From NCBI RefSeq assembly GCF_004010195.1, contig NC_057722.1:20459911-20523910 (forward strand): a stretch of DNA of 64,000 nucleotides, written 5' to 3'. Under the pieces are notes generated by a model that saw only the letters and a list, made by a program, of their open reading frames with translations, was not told where the DNA came from and searched no databases. A program made the translations under genes and the position numbers. Source of the DNA: Chiloscyllium plagiosum. Lineage: Eukaryota. Positions 13,271 to 25,715 of this stretch are shown here, piece after piece; positions within the stretch are counted from its first letter, which is position 1; each line of letters starts with the position of its first letter.

Positions 13271-13649
13271 CACAAGCAAAAATCATTTATATAAATGACA
13301 GAAAACACTGGACCTACTTGTGTTTGTTCTGCATTATTTTTCTTGAAATATGTGAAATAAAGAAATAAAATCAATAAAGACTGATGTGAATGGATTGATC
13401 TAGTTTTTCTGCACATTGTGGATGCATGAAGCAACTTATTCATAGAGGACCAAAGTGACCAACTGTTAAATACATTTTAGAAATTGCATTCACCAAAATC
13501 CCAATGTATTTTCTTGAGTCTGGGCTATTCAATCATGAAAGTTTCAAATTTATTTAATAAGAGTCAGGTAGATGAGTTAACTCCAGGAAAGATTGGAGAT
13601 GGAGACAGGTTGTGCAGGAGTCTCCTGTCACAATCTTCATCGCAAACAA

Positions 13650-13870
13650 TAGTGTGGAAACAGGCCCTTTGGCCCTTACAGGCAATGTAGCACAGCCAAT
13701 TCACCTAACCTGCACACCTTTGGACTGTGGGAGGAAACCGGAACACCCAGAGGGGACCCATGCAGACATGGGGAGAATGTGCAAACTCCACACAGACAGT
13801 TGCCTGAGGCAGGCATTGGACCTGGGTCCCTGGCACTGTGAGGCAGCATTGCTAACCACTGAGCCACTGT
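13650..13870 (-). mobile_element. HE1-type SINE
   Basis: Conserved SINE core and A-box head. Confidence 0.85.
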
Positions 13871-13939
13871 GAGGAATTTGTTAAGTGTGTACAAAACATT
13901 TTCTGATTCAGTATGTGGATGTAACTACGAGAGAAGGTG

Positions 13940-16432
13940 CAAAACTTGACCCACTCTTGGGACATAAGGCAGGGCAGGTGACTGAAGTGTCAGTGGGGGG
14001 AGTACTTTGGGGCCAGTGACCATAGTTCTATTTTTTTTTAAATAGTGATGGAAGAGGATAGACCAGATCTAAAAGTAGAAGTTCTAAATTGGAGAAAGGG
14101 AAATTTTAACGGTATTAGGCAAGAACTTTCAAGAGTTGAATGGTGGGTGGATATTCGCAGGTAAAGGGACGGCTGGAAAATAGGAAGCCTTCAGAAATGA
14201 GATAACGAGAGTCCAGGGATAGTATATTCCTGTTAGGGTGAAAGAAAAGACTGCTCCGTGAAGGGAATGGTGAATGACTAGTGAAATGAGGTTTGGTTAA
14301 GAAAAAGAAGGAAGCATATGTCAGGTTTTGACAAGAGAGCTGGAGTGAATCCTTAGAAGAGAATAAAGGCAGTAGCAGTATACTGATAGAAATAAGAAGG
14401 GCAAAAGGGGAACATGAGATAGATTTGACAAACAGGGCTATGGAAAATCTAAAGGGACTCGATAAATACATTAAGGACAAAAGGGTAACTAGGGAGAAAA
14501 TAGGACCCCTCAAAGCAAGGTGGCCTATGTGTAGTAATGGGAGAGATACTAAAAGAGAATTTTGCATCAGTGTTTACTGTGGAGAAGGACATGGAAAATA
14601 TACAATGTGGGGAAATTGATGGTGACATCTTGAAAAATATCCACATTACAGAGGAGGAGGTGCTGAATGTCTTAAAATGCATAAAGGTGAGAAATCTCCA
14701 GGACCTAATAGGTGTACCCTGAAACTCCGTGGGAAGCTAGGGAAGTGATTGCTGGGCCCCTTGCTGAGATATTAGTATCATGGATACAGAGAGGTGAGGT
14801 GCCGGAAGACTGGAGGTTGGCTAACGTGGTGCCACTATTTAAGAAAGGTAGTAAGGAAAAGCCAGGGAACTATAGACCGGTGAGCCTGACATAAGTGGTG
14901 GGCAAGTTTTTGGAGGGATTCCTGAGGGACAGGATTTACATGTATTTGCAAAGGCAAGGACTGATCAAGGGTAGTCAACATGGCTTTGTGAGTGGGAAAT
15001 CATGTCTCACAAACTTGATTGAGTTTTTTGAAGAAGTAACTGAGAGGATTGATGAGGACAGAGTGGTGGATGTGATCTGTATGGACTTTAGTAAGGCGTC
15101 AACAAGGTTCCTCATGGTAGACTGGTAGCAAGGTTAGATCTCGGAATACAGAAAGAACTAACCATTTGGATACAGAACTGGCACAAAGGTAGAAGACAGA
15201 GGGTGGTGGTGGAGGGATGCTTTTCAGACTGGAGGCCTGTGACCAGTGGAGTGTCACAAGGATTGGTGCTGGGTCTACAGCTTTTCATTGCTTATTTAAA
15301 AGATTTGAATGTGAACATGAGAGGTATAGTTAGTAAGTTTTCAGATGACATCAAAATTGCAGGTGTAGTGGAGAGCAAAGAAGGTTACCTCAGAGTGCAC
15401 TGGGATCTTCATCTATTGGGCCAATGGACTGAGGAGTGGCAGATGGAGTTTAATGTAGATAAATGTGACGTGCTGCATTTTGGAAAGGCAAATCAGGATA
15501 TGACTTATACACTTAATGATAAAGCCCTGGGGAGTGTTGCTGAACAAAGAGACCTTGGAGTGCAGGCTCATAGTTCCTTGAAAGTGGAGTTGCAGGTTGA
15601 TAGGATAGTGAAGAAGGCGTTTGGTATATTTTCCATTTTTGGTCAGACCATTGAGTACAGGAGTTGGGAGGTCGTATTGCAGCTGTACAGTACCTTGTTT
15701 AGGCCATTTTCAGAATATTGCATGCAATTCTGGTCTCCCTCCTGTCGGAGGGATGTTGTGAAACTTGAAAGGGTCCTGAAAAGATTGACAAAGATGTTGC
15801 CAGGGTTGGAGGATTTGAGCTATGGGAAAGACCAAATAGACTGGAGCTGTTTTCCTGGAGTGTCGGAGGCTGAGGGGTGATCTTATTGAGGTTTATAAAA
15901 TCATGAGAGACATGGATAGGGTAAATAGACAAGGTCTTTTCCCTGGGGTGGGAGTGTCCAGAACTAGAGGGCATAGCTTTATGGTGAGAGCGGAAAAATT
16001 TAAAAGGGACCTAAGGGGTAACTTTTTCACACAACGGGTGGTGCGTTTGTGGAATGAGCTGCCAGAGGAAGTGGTGGAGACTGGTATAATTACAACATTT
16101 AAAAGGTATCTTGGTGAGTATATGAATAAGAAAGGTTTAGAGGATATGGGCCAAGTGCTGGCAAATAAGACTAGATTAAAAATCACACAACACCAGGTTA
16201 TAGTCCAATAGGTTTAATTGGAAGCACACTCGCTTTCGGAGTGATGCTCCTTCATCAGGTGCTTCCAATTAAACCTGTTGGACTATAACCTGGTGTTGTA
16301 TGATTTTTAACTTTGTACACCCCAGTCCAACACCGGCATCTCCAAATCAGGACTAGATTAGGTTAGGATATCTGGTCGGCATGGACGAGTTGGACTGAAG
16401 GGTCTGTTTCCGTGCTGTACATCTCTATGACC
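13940..16432 (+). mobile_element. CR1 LINE ORF2 (end of APE, RT) through the 3' end, frameshifted
   Basis: PEDWRLANVVPLFKKG..NYRPVSLT, SQHGF..GKSCLTNLIEFFEEVT, KFSDD, WQMEFNVDKC; 3' tail CTCTATGA. Confidence 0.95.
16179..16350. mobile_element. Palindromic hammerhead-bearing element nested in the CR1 3' end
   Basis: 10-bp direct repeat GACTAGATTA at 16169-16178 and 16351-16360; inverted arms; minus-strand CTGATGAAGGAGCATCACTCCGAAAG at 16231-16259. Confidence 0.75.
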
Positions 16433-18379
16433 CTCACGCTCTAAGAACGGACTTGCTGCTATAAACAAGTGACCTTGCAACAAATGTCTTCCAGTTGAAA
16501 GTGCTCCAAAGTCAATAAAAACTGTAACGTAAGCCAAAATTGAGGTCATAAATTTTAGGTTGTGGATCTATTGAGAGAAGGAGAATGGAAATGTTAGGTA
16601 ATCTCAATCACCCTATTTCCCACCGAGAGACATTGTGATATTATTCCATATTTTTCAGCTTTCCCATGGGGGAGCAGCTGAAAGAGAGACATACATACCA
16701 TCCTCCATTTAATCCCCTTTTATGTCAGAAAAACAGCTTTAACATTTTAGTATGTCTGGACAAGTATAATTCCATAGCCTCTGTAGTCATTCCTGGAAAT
16801 CTCTTCCATGTTTTCTCAAAAAGCCTTCACTTCCTTCCTAAAGCATGGTATCCAGATTGTAACGCAACTTGAGCTGAAATAGTCATTTATAAAGGCTTCG
16901 CACAACTTCCAGCTTTGTATTCTGGGCCTCTATTTATAAAGCCAAAATCCCATTTCTTTTATTGACTCCTTTGTTGAACTTTGCGCCTTAAAACATTTGT
17001 ATACATAATTTGTATGTCTCCCTTGTTTTGCACCCTCTTTAAGATTGGACCATGTAGTATATATTGCCTCACCTCATTCTTCTGGCCTATATACACACCA
17101 GCCCATACTTCTGTGCCTAATTTCAGTTGCCATGTATTGTGCATTCAACCAAACCATGTGCCTTTACCTGAATAACAATTATCCTTCCTATATCTTATAT
17201 TACATATCATTAGCAATACTGGGCCTGCTGCTAAACCTTATAGAACCTTCTCCCTGTGTGGCTGTTCAACCTGAAAAATAATCATGTATCCACCAGCCCC
17301 TAACCAATTTTATACACATGCTGCTAGATTCTCCTTTAACCTTAGGCTTCACTTTTGCTTACAAGTGTAACATCTCACACTCTATCAATTGTCCTTTGAA
17401 AGTTTTAGATGTGAGTAATTTTTTGACATTATCACTTTTATTCATCAGCATTTTACATAACTTTGGAGAAACTTATCATAAAACGATTGTATTTTGATAG
17501 TTAACTATCTTATTTTAAAATATGCGTTCTATACCCTAACAACTCGGTGTGTGAAAATGTTTTTTTTTCTGACATCACTCTTGCTTATTTTACCCTTCAT
17601 TCTTGTTCCTTTAATGAAGGGAACAGTTTTTCCCCATCTACACTATCCAACCCATTCATGATTTTGAAAGTCTATTGAATCTCCTCTCAGCTTTCTTCGC
17701 TCTGAGGAGAACAGTCCAATCTATTATTTCTACTTACATTTCTCCTGTGAAATTACAAAGTTTCAAATCTTAGTCTCCTTATGGTTGAAAAATGTAGAGA
17801 AAGACAAAGGACGGAGTATTTCCCTCTCCTTGTCACCAAACTCTATTTTCAACTGAATCGCTGTGCTCTCACTCCATAATCAAGGTACTCTATGTCAATG
17901 CACTTAACCTGTCTGCAGGAAGAGGAACCTGGCAAAAGGATGCAAGTTCTATCTGTAGCTTGGTTCCAAATTGAAGATCTAATGTAGTGTGAGAGTTGGT
18001 CTGAAAAGCAATGATGATATCCATGGGCATGCAGTGGCATGGTTGAATCTAGAGTCGTCTGAAAGCCTGGAGAAATAAACAGTTAGTTAACCATTCTGAT
18101 GTTTCGGTCAGGAATTGCATAATTTAATCTTTTGAGCAACAAAAGGAGCATTGAGAACTGCATAGAAATGGGGTGAGTTTAGTTCATTTTGAGATGTAAA
18201 TGCTTAGAAATAAAGTAGTCTTTGCACATTCGTGAGACTGAGAACTTGAGACTTAAAACCTCATGAGAAAAACAGCATTTTTTCTCTAAAAGCCGATTTG
18301 TTTTTTCATTTTTGCTGCATTTTTCCAACTTTTTTGCCATTGCACACTCCGCTAGAGGGAGTTGAAAATTCCATCTATA

Positions 18380-19200
18380 CCATACCCATCTTTCCTTTTG
18401 AATACTACCTCGTGATCAAGGGAGAAGAAGACAGTAAATAGACCAGTTGTCCAGGAAAGGTGAACAATTTCCCAGACTGAAGGGGATGATATTGTGGATA
18501 CTCCATTTCCTGACAGTGTGGTACTAGTTCAGGTAAATCGTATGGTTCAGTGTGGTGCCAAGGTGAGACAACATAGCCCTGGGAAAGATTCAATAATTCA
18601 TTCTGAATAGGGAGATTGGATGCCAGTTTTTCCAAGAGCAGAGATCCTATATCAGAGGCAACAGGACAATGACGGCTCTGCCCCACAAGATGGGAATCTC
18701 TCTGGTTGTGAAACATTCCTGCAGGAACCATGGGTAGTACTTCCCCGGATTGTCCCAGAATGCCTTATAAAATTCCACAGCCAACCTGTCCAGCTGAGAA
18801 AATGTGTCCCTTCAGAGCTGGTTGAGGGCCCCAGTTGGCTGTGCCAAGTTAAGCTGAGCATTAAGTTTTTCAACAGGCCTCAGACTGACCTGAGATAGGT
18901 CCTCTAGCAGAACTCTGCAAGCATTCTCACTGGAGAAAATAGAACAAGAACAGGTTCCAATCTTAGCTCCGATTCTCTCTCTGCCTCCAAGAGGAAGGCT
19001 AATTTGTTGGCCACCAGTGTAAACATCTGTTTACAGAATCCATGCCTTTTTTTTCCAGTGAATAGAAAGGGTAGCTGCAGTCCTAGAGGAATTGAATTTG
19101 CAAGCTCATGTACACAGTTTAGGACCCAAGGAATTGAAGGTTTCTCAGTACAGCCTTCCCTTTCTATTACTTCAGCAGGATTAAGTCTACAATGGCCTGG
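18380..19200 (-). mobile_element. Degenerate Tx1-like (L1 clade) non-LTR retrotransposon RT fragment
   Basis: Minus-strand translation LDRLAVEFYKAFWD...WGRAVIVLLP..DLCSWKNWHPISL, with stops, resembles Tx1 ORF2 (DGLTVEFF.AFWD...NWRPVSLL). Confidence 0.7.
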
Positions 19201-19219
19201 AATGAGACTTTTTATTTAC

Positions 19220-20245
19220 ATACTTTTGCTGGGTTGTGAGCATCTTTGACTGGCCAGCTTTTAGTGTCCATATCTAGTTGTCCTTGCGAAAGTGCTGGTG
19301 AGCTGCTTTCTTGAAGTGCTGCAGTGTCTGTGCTGTAAGTAGACCCACAATACGTTTAAGGAGGGAATTCCAGCATTTTCACCCACCAACAGTGAAGGAA
19401 TGGTGATATATTTCCAAGTCAGGATGATGAGTGGTTTGGAAGAGAATTTGTATATGCTGGTATTTGATGCCCTTGACCTTCCAAATAAAAGTAGTTGTGG
19501 GTTTGAAAGATTCTAAGGATCTTGACAAATTCCTGCAGTGCATCTTGTGCATAGTAGCCACTGCTGATAGTGTCAGTGGTGGAGGACGTGGATGAAAGTG
19601 CCAATCAAGCAGACTGCTTTATCCCAGATGGTGACAAGCTTCTTGAATATTGTTAGAGATACATGCATCCAGGTAAGTGGGGAGTATCCATCACACTCCT
19701 GACTGGTGCCTTGTCGATGGTAGACAGGCTTTGGGGAATCAGGAGGTGAGTTACTCAGCATAAAGTATTTCTAACCTCTGAGCTGCTTTTGGAGCTGCTG
19801 TATGAATATGGCAAGTCCAGTTGAGCTTCTGGTCAATGGTAACCCCCCAGGATATTGACAGTGGGGAAGTCAGTGATGGCAAAGCCACTGAATGTCAGTG
19901 GGTTGCTTCTTAGATTATCTCTTGTTGGAGAAGTTCATTACCTAGCATTTATGTAGCAGGAACGTTACTTGCCACTTATCAGTCCAAGCCTGTGTATTGT
20001 CCAGATCTTGGTGGATTTGGACAGGGACCTTTCAGTAGCTGAGAAGTCACAAATGGTGCTGTAGATTGTACAATCATCAGTGAACATCCCCACGTCTGAC
20101 TTGATGATAGAGGGAACATCATTGTTGAAGCAGCCGAAAATGGTTGGGCCTTGGCCATGACCCTGAGGAACTCCTGCAGAGATGTCCTGGAGCTGAGATG
20201 ACTGAGCTCCAGCAACCACAACCATCTTCCAATGTGTCAGGTGAC
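19220..20245 (-). mobile_element. CR1/L2-group LINE RT 3' fragment
   Basis: DISAGVPQG...GPTIFGCFNND...VGMFTDD motifs with decayed downstream sequence. Confidence 0.8.
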
Positions 20246-21094
20246 CAACAGCATTATTTTGTTTCTGTTTCTTTTCTCAGTTTGAGCTGGAGATTTACGG
20301 GAACCGGGGGCTTGTTTGTTTATGAAAAATGATGGTTTTAACATCCTGTTTCACAATTCTACACTTCCTGTTAGTGATAGCTTATTTGACTAATTGCAGG
20401 TGTGAAAGGAACTTACAGTGGTGGATTCATTTTCTTTCTCATTTTCTACTCCACATCCTCCTATTTCAAAGGGGGTAACCTTGAAGTGCAGCAGTAACAC
20501 TTTTGAGATATGGTGAGATATGGGATGGTCCATTTGTGTCACTGAAGACTGGGAGAATGAAAAAGAAGTCACACACTAAGCCCATAGCATGAGAAGGGGG
20601 AAAGGTTGTTCTTAGTGTAATTCATTTTGACATATAAAATCAGGTGAAAAGCACTTTTTGGATGGGCATGAGAATAATCACCATTTGAAATTCCCCTTCA
20701 GGTCACACACCATCTAGACTGGGATGTGAGCCATTGTTTCTTCATCAACTCTGACTGAAATTCTGCAACACTCTCCCCAACACTCTGTGGGATTATCTAC
20801 ACCGCAGAAACTGTTCAATGGAGAAGCTCCCCAGGAGCTTTCAGTTGGGGGCAGGGCAACAAATCTGGAGTGAGGTGTTCTGGAAGTTTGGAGCACCATG
20901 GAAATTTGGTGCTTTTTTTGGTTTCAGTTCAAAGATGGCAAGGTTTTTTTTTGTGGTTCATATGGTTGTAAGGCCGAATTATAAACTTCAGCTCCAACTG
21001 GGCAGAGACAGGGAGTCAGCAACAGCATAAACTGAGGGCCAAGATTGGGGGATAGTGAGCTTAATGCATAGGAGCAAAGTGAATCTATTAGAGC

Positions 21095-21425
21095 ATAGAA
21101 TCATAGACTCCCCAGTGGGGAAGCAGGCCAGTTGGCCCATTGCATCCACACACACCTGTTGAAGAGCATCTCACCCAGACCCACTCCATTTCTGAGGCCC
21201 TGCATTTCCGACAGCTAATCCACTTAATTTGCACATCCCTGGACTTAAGGGCAATTTAGCATTGCCAGGCCACCTAACCAGGACTGTGGAAGGAAACAGG
21301 AGTACCCAAAGGAAACCCATGCAGACATGGTGAGAATGTGCAAACTCCACAAGGCTGAAATTAAACCTGAGTCTCTGGCTGTGTAAGGCGGCAGAGCTAA
21401 CCACTGAGCCAGTATGCCACCCCAA
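21095..21425 (-). mobile_element. HE1-type SINE (diverged)
   Basis: SINE head and core recognisable. Confidence 0.75.
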
Positions 21426-24284
21426 GAACAGTAAGGAGAAGTGACTTAGAAGGGTCCTCAAGTGAAGCCATATTGGTAGAACTTAAAATCCAAAAAGGAC
21501 AGTCACATTGCTGGAAATATAACAAAGGTCTCAGACAGTCTGAGAGAAGTGGAAGAACAGGTATGTAGGCAAATTTCAGAAAGGTGCAGAGGTAATTGAG
21601 TAGTGATAAAAGGGGATTTAAATTTCCTCAACATTAGCAGGGGTAGTCATAGTGTGAAATGTTTAGAGGGAGCAGAATTCTTAAAATGTATGGAAGAGAG
21701 ATTGTAAGCCAGTATGTAGAAGGCTCCACAAGAGAGGGGCAGACATTGACTTAATATTAGGGAATGAAGCAAGACGAGTTGAAGTATCCACCAACTTTAC
21801 AGGCATTGAGTTCCAGATTTTCTCCACCCTCAGTGAAAAAAAATCATGTCCCCTTTAAACCTTCTACGATCTACCTTAAATCTAAGCCCTCTGAATATTG
21901 ATCTCCCTGACTATGCCTGTCATAATTTCATACATCTCAATCATGTCTTGGTCTCCTCTGTTCCAAGGAAAACAACCACAGTCCACCCAATCTCTATACA
22001 TAATTAAAACTCTCCTTTCCGGTGCAATCACGTCTGACCTATAACGTGGATTCCAAACTATACACAATACTCTAGCTTTGGCCTAATCAGTGTTTTATAC
22101 AGTTCTTCCATAATATCTGCAGCTTCTTGACCATCTAGTGCTCTGACCTGTGACAAGTTGCCTGCTGCTCCCTGTGTGTTAATAAGCAATGCAAGCCACA
22201 GAGGCTGACACATTCTCAGCACAAAATAAAAGACTGGTAAGAAAGAATGCTAAGATACATCCTGGAAATGCATGAGTGGATGCATGAGTAGATGGGCGTC
22301 CTTGCAGCAAAGTGACTTTGCAGAATGATGCAAGTCATAAGTGCCACTCAACACCAATGTCAAGTCCTGGAGGACTGAAGTGATTTGAATTTTGGATTAG
22401 TGGTGTTGGAAGAGCACAGCAGTTCAGGCAGCATCCGAGGAGCAGCAAAATCGACGTATTGGTCAAAAGCCTTTCATCAGGAATAAGTGATTTGAAAGCA
22501 GGCATGATATTGTGGCGAGGCTAGTGACTTGGTGAGGTCAACATGCATGGATGGAGAATGGAGGAGAATGTTATGCTTGGGGCCACAGGGACATAGTGGA
22601 GAAGACAGAGTTGTCTGAAGCCCAGGAGAAGCAAGCAGCGAGCTGCTTCCATCAGTAACTGCTCTGACTTTCATGTTGGGAATTGGTGCTCTCTCATTTC
22701 TCAGGGAAGGAGAGAATTGGGAACTGCAAAGAACTGAATCAAGCTGAGCTAATAATAAAATGCATGGAAATAAGGTAGTCACCACTCATTAATGAGACCA
22801 TTGAGAACCTGATTTTTTCCATTTGTTGCTGTAATTTATCTTCTTTCTCACCATTGCCCATGTGATGGAAGGAGAGGAAAATTCAACCACATAAAAATCT
22901 ATGCACACTAGACCGTATAGGTTTCTGATTCTCTGCCAAAAAAAGATTTTGAAAAAGTTGCCTCTGTCTGGTAATTCAAAAAAATTACTTCTTGAAACAC
23001 CTTTGTATTCCTGTGGTAAAGTCACTCAATGATACACGATGAGGTCATTCAATATGATGTATTGATGTGCTCATCTGTCAACAGCTGAATATGCCAAAGC
23101 AGTGGGATGTGCACTCACTTTCACATCTCCCCAACATAAGGAAGAAGTCATGATCTTTGTGTACCATTCAAGTTCCCTCCTTGAGAGATGTAGTTAGCAA
23201 CTTAAACTGCAGCTCGCAGCTTTTAATAGGGATCATTTCTCCTTTGTAAACTTGCCATTAAAAATGGGCTATTTTGTACATTTTTCCTGAGTGAGAAGAT
23301 AGTATAATGATATGTTGTACCTGAAGAAAATGGAAGGAAAACTCTTAAGGGAGTTAGAAACCATAAGTAAGAGCCATTTCTGGATGTTTTTTGCCTACGG
23401 AGATTGTGCTTGAGCTGTATTGGGTCATAAAGTCAATAAGAATAACATTGCTCTTGTGCACCACAGGATCCATAAGGATGGCATGTTTCTCTGTGCGTCA
23501 AGATACAGAGCTGACACCTTGAACTACTTGCTCTGCTTGCAAATCAGCAAATTAGTGACTAGCAAAAGATTTTTATGTTTTGAGGACATAGCATAATATT
23601 TGCAAAATCATCATTTCTGGGATGGTGTAAGTGTTTGCTACATGCACCTATAGTTTTGGAACAATATTTCCCTGGAATGCCTATTCTATGTCCTGAGGGC
23701 AACTTTGTGAAAGTTGAGATTGTAGACAGAAGGTATATTGTGGGTTTCCTAAATTGTGTGACCCTCAACTAGATATCTTATAGCTGGCCAGGCGTTTGCA
23801 ATATAAAGGAATGGTAACACTAGATGTCAAGGAAGGGCGTCTAGTGCTGGATAATGGATGAGGAGGAAAAGGTCTCCACATAGTACAGTTCTTTTCTGTA
23901 ATGCTTAACTTCAAAAGATCAGCCATGATTGTATTGAATGGTAGAGCAGGCTCAGGGGAGTGAATTGCTTACTCCTAGTTCTGATGTTTTTATGTGCCCT
24001 GTATGCTAACAATGATTGTATGAGGATGATGCATTTTAGGAGGAATAAAGCAGCTCTCCATTTCATTATCACACGATATCGTCCACATGAGTTTGTTTTA
24101 TGGGGAAAAGTAAATGAGGAACAATAACATGCATGCATCAATCTGTGGGTATAGTTCCATTAACAGGCAAGTGTTTTTGTTCCAGAAAAATGAATGATTT
24201 CAGAGATATTGCAGCTGATGATCACGCTGCTACTGTTGCAGCTTTCCCCTATTTTATTATCCTTCTAGCTTGCTGTGTTACTTG

Positions 24285-24590
24285 GAGTGGCACGGTGGCA
24301 CAGTGGTTAGCACTGCTGCCTCACAGCGCCAGAGACCCAGGTTTGATTCCCACCTTAGGCAACTGTCTGTGTGGAGTTTGCACATTCTCCCTGTGTCTGT
24401 GCGGGTTTCCTTTGGGTGCTCCAGTTTCCACCCAAAATCCAAAATGTGCAGGTTAGGTGAACTGGCCATTCTAAATTGCCCGTAATGTTAGGTGTAGGGG
24501 AATGGGTCTGGGTGGGTTGCTCTTCAGAGGGTCAATGTGGACTTGTTGGGCCAAAGGACCTGTTTCCACACTGTAAGTAATCTAATCTAA
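24285..24590 (+). mobile_element. HE1-type SINE
   Basis: GTGGCACGGTGGCACAGTGGTTAGC head; (TAATC)n tail. Confidence 0.9.
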
Positions 24591-25504
24591 TTTTTTTCAG
24601 TTTTCTCACCCAGCTGCCCATAGCTTGTCCTCAGCTGCCATTGTTAAGCTGAGTTCTGAACAACAGCTGGAATAAGATGGACAGCTCTGTGATTGTATTG
24701 TCAAATCTGACAGGGAAACAACCTGACAAACGTGGATGTGCACACACTGCCAAATTACTAACAGCCATTGCAACATTGAGCCAAAGTGTAATATGCCATG
24801 CTGAGAAAAATAGTGACATTTTTATTTTTGTTGTCAAAATGTGATTGACTGTGACAATACTCAAGCACAATCCACATTGAGAAGCCCAGGAAATCAAGCA
24901 AGTCAGGATTTGAGGTTTTCACATCAAATGCGTATTTATTATATTCACAATCGTAAATCAGAGTGATTGCATTCCTACTTTACATCAGTAGGAAGATAAA
25001 CTTTATCTCTGCCATCTCTCCTGCTTTCGGATCTGCTGCAGCCATCCACTGTTTACAAGTTGTAATGAGGAATATGTATTTTAGCAGTCTGTGGTGACTC
25101 GATCAACTTCAATTACCAGAGAATCCAGAATTCAATTCAGAACAGCTTTTGGATTTCAAGTGGGCCTGCATATGTTCAGTTACACACAGCAAACTGTGTG
25201 AACATGCACATATGAAGACTGGCCATGCCATAACCAGCTCACAGGTTGCTGCTAATACGGGCTCCTGACCCACAGGTCATCTACTACTTCGGCTTTCATT
25301 TTCTCCCTTCACAGGTTTTTTTCTTACTTTAATCTACTTCCCATCTGCGGAGAGAATGAGCCAGTGCAGGGGACATTAAGAGCATGGGGAAGAGCAAGCA
25401 CAGTGCAGGGCATTGAGCCCACTGTGACAGTGTTAGAGGTCTCCTGGCATGAGCAGTGGTGACGAGAACAGGCAACCTGAGATCACCTGGCCTCTGAGAC
25501 AGGG

Positions 25505-25715
25505 AGTGTGGTGCTGGAAAAGCACAGCAGGTCAGGCAGCATCCGAGGAGCAGGAGAATCAACGTTTTGGGCATCAGCCTTTCATCATTCCTGAAGAAGG
25601 GCTTGTGCCCGAAACGTCGATTCTCCTGCTCCTCAGATGCAGCCTGACCTGCTGCCCTTTTCCAGCACCACATTCTCGAATCTGATCTCCAGCATCTGCA
25701 GTCCTCGCTTTCTCC
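25505..25715. mobile_element. Penelope-type inverted-repeat element with an intact minimal hammerhead core
   Basis: Inverted arms; CTGAAGA-A-GGGC-TTGT-GCCC-GAAAC-GTC at 25591-25618. Confidence 0.75.

Noticed and set aside
16179-16350. Dispersed palindromic repeats as a CRISPR-like array
   Set aside because: Eukaryotic dispersed mobile elements with TSDs; no repeat-spacer periodicity and no cas genes.
17849-18066. Minus-strand open segment after a good acceptor (tttctccag) that looks like a terminal exon
   Set aside because: No recognisable domain or partner exons; adjacent to the Tx1-like remnant and may be part of it.
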